From the NCBI GenBank assembly GCA_016865895.1, contig VGNY01000002.1, positions 1 to 51,765 on the forward strand: a stretch of 51,765 nucleotides of DNA, written 5' to 3'. The DNA is from Chloroflexota bacterium (GTDB lineage: Bacteria > Chloroflexota > Dehalococcoidia > GIF9 > UBA5629). The notes under the pieces are model-generated. The model saw only the letters and a program-made list of their open reading frames with translations. It had not been told where the DNA came from and made no database searches. Of the stretch, positions 51,598 to 51,765 are shown in pieces; the first letter of the stretch is position 1, and every line of letters begins with the position of its first letter. Both the position numbers and the translations under genes were made by a program.

Positions 51598-51655
51598 CAA
51601 AAGTGGACTGTATAAACTTGAAAACTGGACTGTTAAAGGCTGAAAAGTGGACTCT
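51598..51655. repeat. three 14-bp direct repeats (c/g)AAAAsTGGACTsT at exact 22-bp period
   Basis: CAAAAGTGGACTGT at 51598, GAAAACTGGACTGT at 51620 and GAAAAGTGGACTCT at 51642. Confidence 0.7.
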
Positions 51656-51685
51656 GGTACATTCCTCCAAAAAGGGAGGAGTCGA

Positions 51686-51765
51686 ATGGACCAGGTTCAC
51701 AAACGGTTGACTACTGAGCAAGTAAAAGTGTTGTTGAAAGGGTACTGCCAGGGATTGTTAGACAG
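51686..51765 (+). CDS. 5' end of an unknown ORF running off the window
   Basis: The ATG lies 5-6 nt after GGGAGGAG and opens MDQVHKRLTTEQVKVLLKGYCQGLLD. Only 26 codons are visible. Confidence 0.4.
   Translation, partial: MDQVHKRLTTEQVKVLLKGYCQGLLD

Noticed and set aside
51598-51655. A CRISPR array. I also checked all other repeat clusters.
   Set aside because: There are only three short (14-bp) imperfect repeats with 8-bp spacers. The palindromic repeats elsewhere are dispersed single copies. No repeat-spacer array or cas gene is present.

Overview
This is a bacterial-style 51.8-kb window. It has Shine-Dalgarno sites, repeated TTGACA-N17-TATAxT promoters and lipobox lipoproteins with Pro-rich tethers. 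The gene content and the GTCATTCTGAG...GAAGAATC palindromic intergenic repeats remind me of uncultivated anaerobic Chloroflexi-type genomes, but I cannot verify taxonomy from here.

Positions 1 to about 4950 look like the right end of an integrated replicon. It carries an excisionase-type HTH gene, a GGTCA iteron array, an HTH/coiled-coil protein, and a Zn-finger plus MCM-like AAA+ helicase split by a single in-frame TAA. It ends at a tRNA 3'-end-like fragment. The 5.1-6.9 kb stretch holds two secreted proteins and a decayed crotonase gene relic.

The remaining ~45 kb is a dense acyl-CoA catabolic island with no oxygenases and no EtfAB.
(i) A thiolase, a Cys-less thiolase-like protein and a DUF35 protein form an operon.
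(ii) Divergent from it is a split biotin-dependent acyl-CoA carboxylase (BC, CT, free BCCP). It is interleaved with a crotonase and a BKACE enzyme and followed by three acyl-CoA dehydrogenases and a second BKACE.
(iii) Two Liv-type ABC importers are each physically coupled to an AMP-forming acyl-CoA ligase. They include tandem duplicated binding proteins, and a 134-aa C-terminal module is shared between one binding protein and a separate lipoprotein.
(iv) An R-specific beta-oxidation set comprises an alpha/beta ACAD pair, MFE-2-type and FabG-type SDRs, a heteromeric MaoC hydratase and an SCPx-type thiolase. It is headed by an HMG-CoA-synthase-like protein fused to DUF35 that appears to lack the catalytic Cys.
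(v) A MarR-headed operon encodes an NMO/FabK-like flavoprotein, a Cys-rich Fe-S protein and an acyl-CoA ligase, and a ferredoxin-ACAD pair follows.

I saw no rRNA, complete tRNA or CRISPR array. My best candidates for something undescribed are two. One is the Liu/Atu-like carboxylase pathway in which BKACE enzymes sit where an HMG-CoA-lyase would be expected. The other is the set of non-canonical thiolase-superfamily/DUF35 assemblies. All motif alignments were done by eye and need profile searches.
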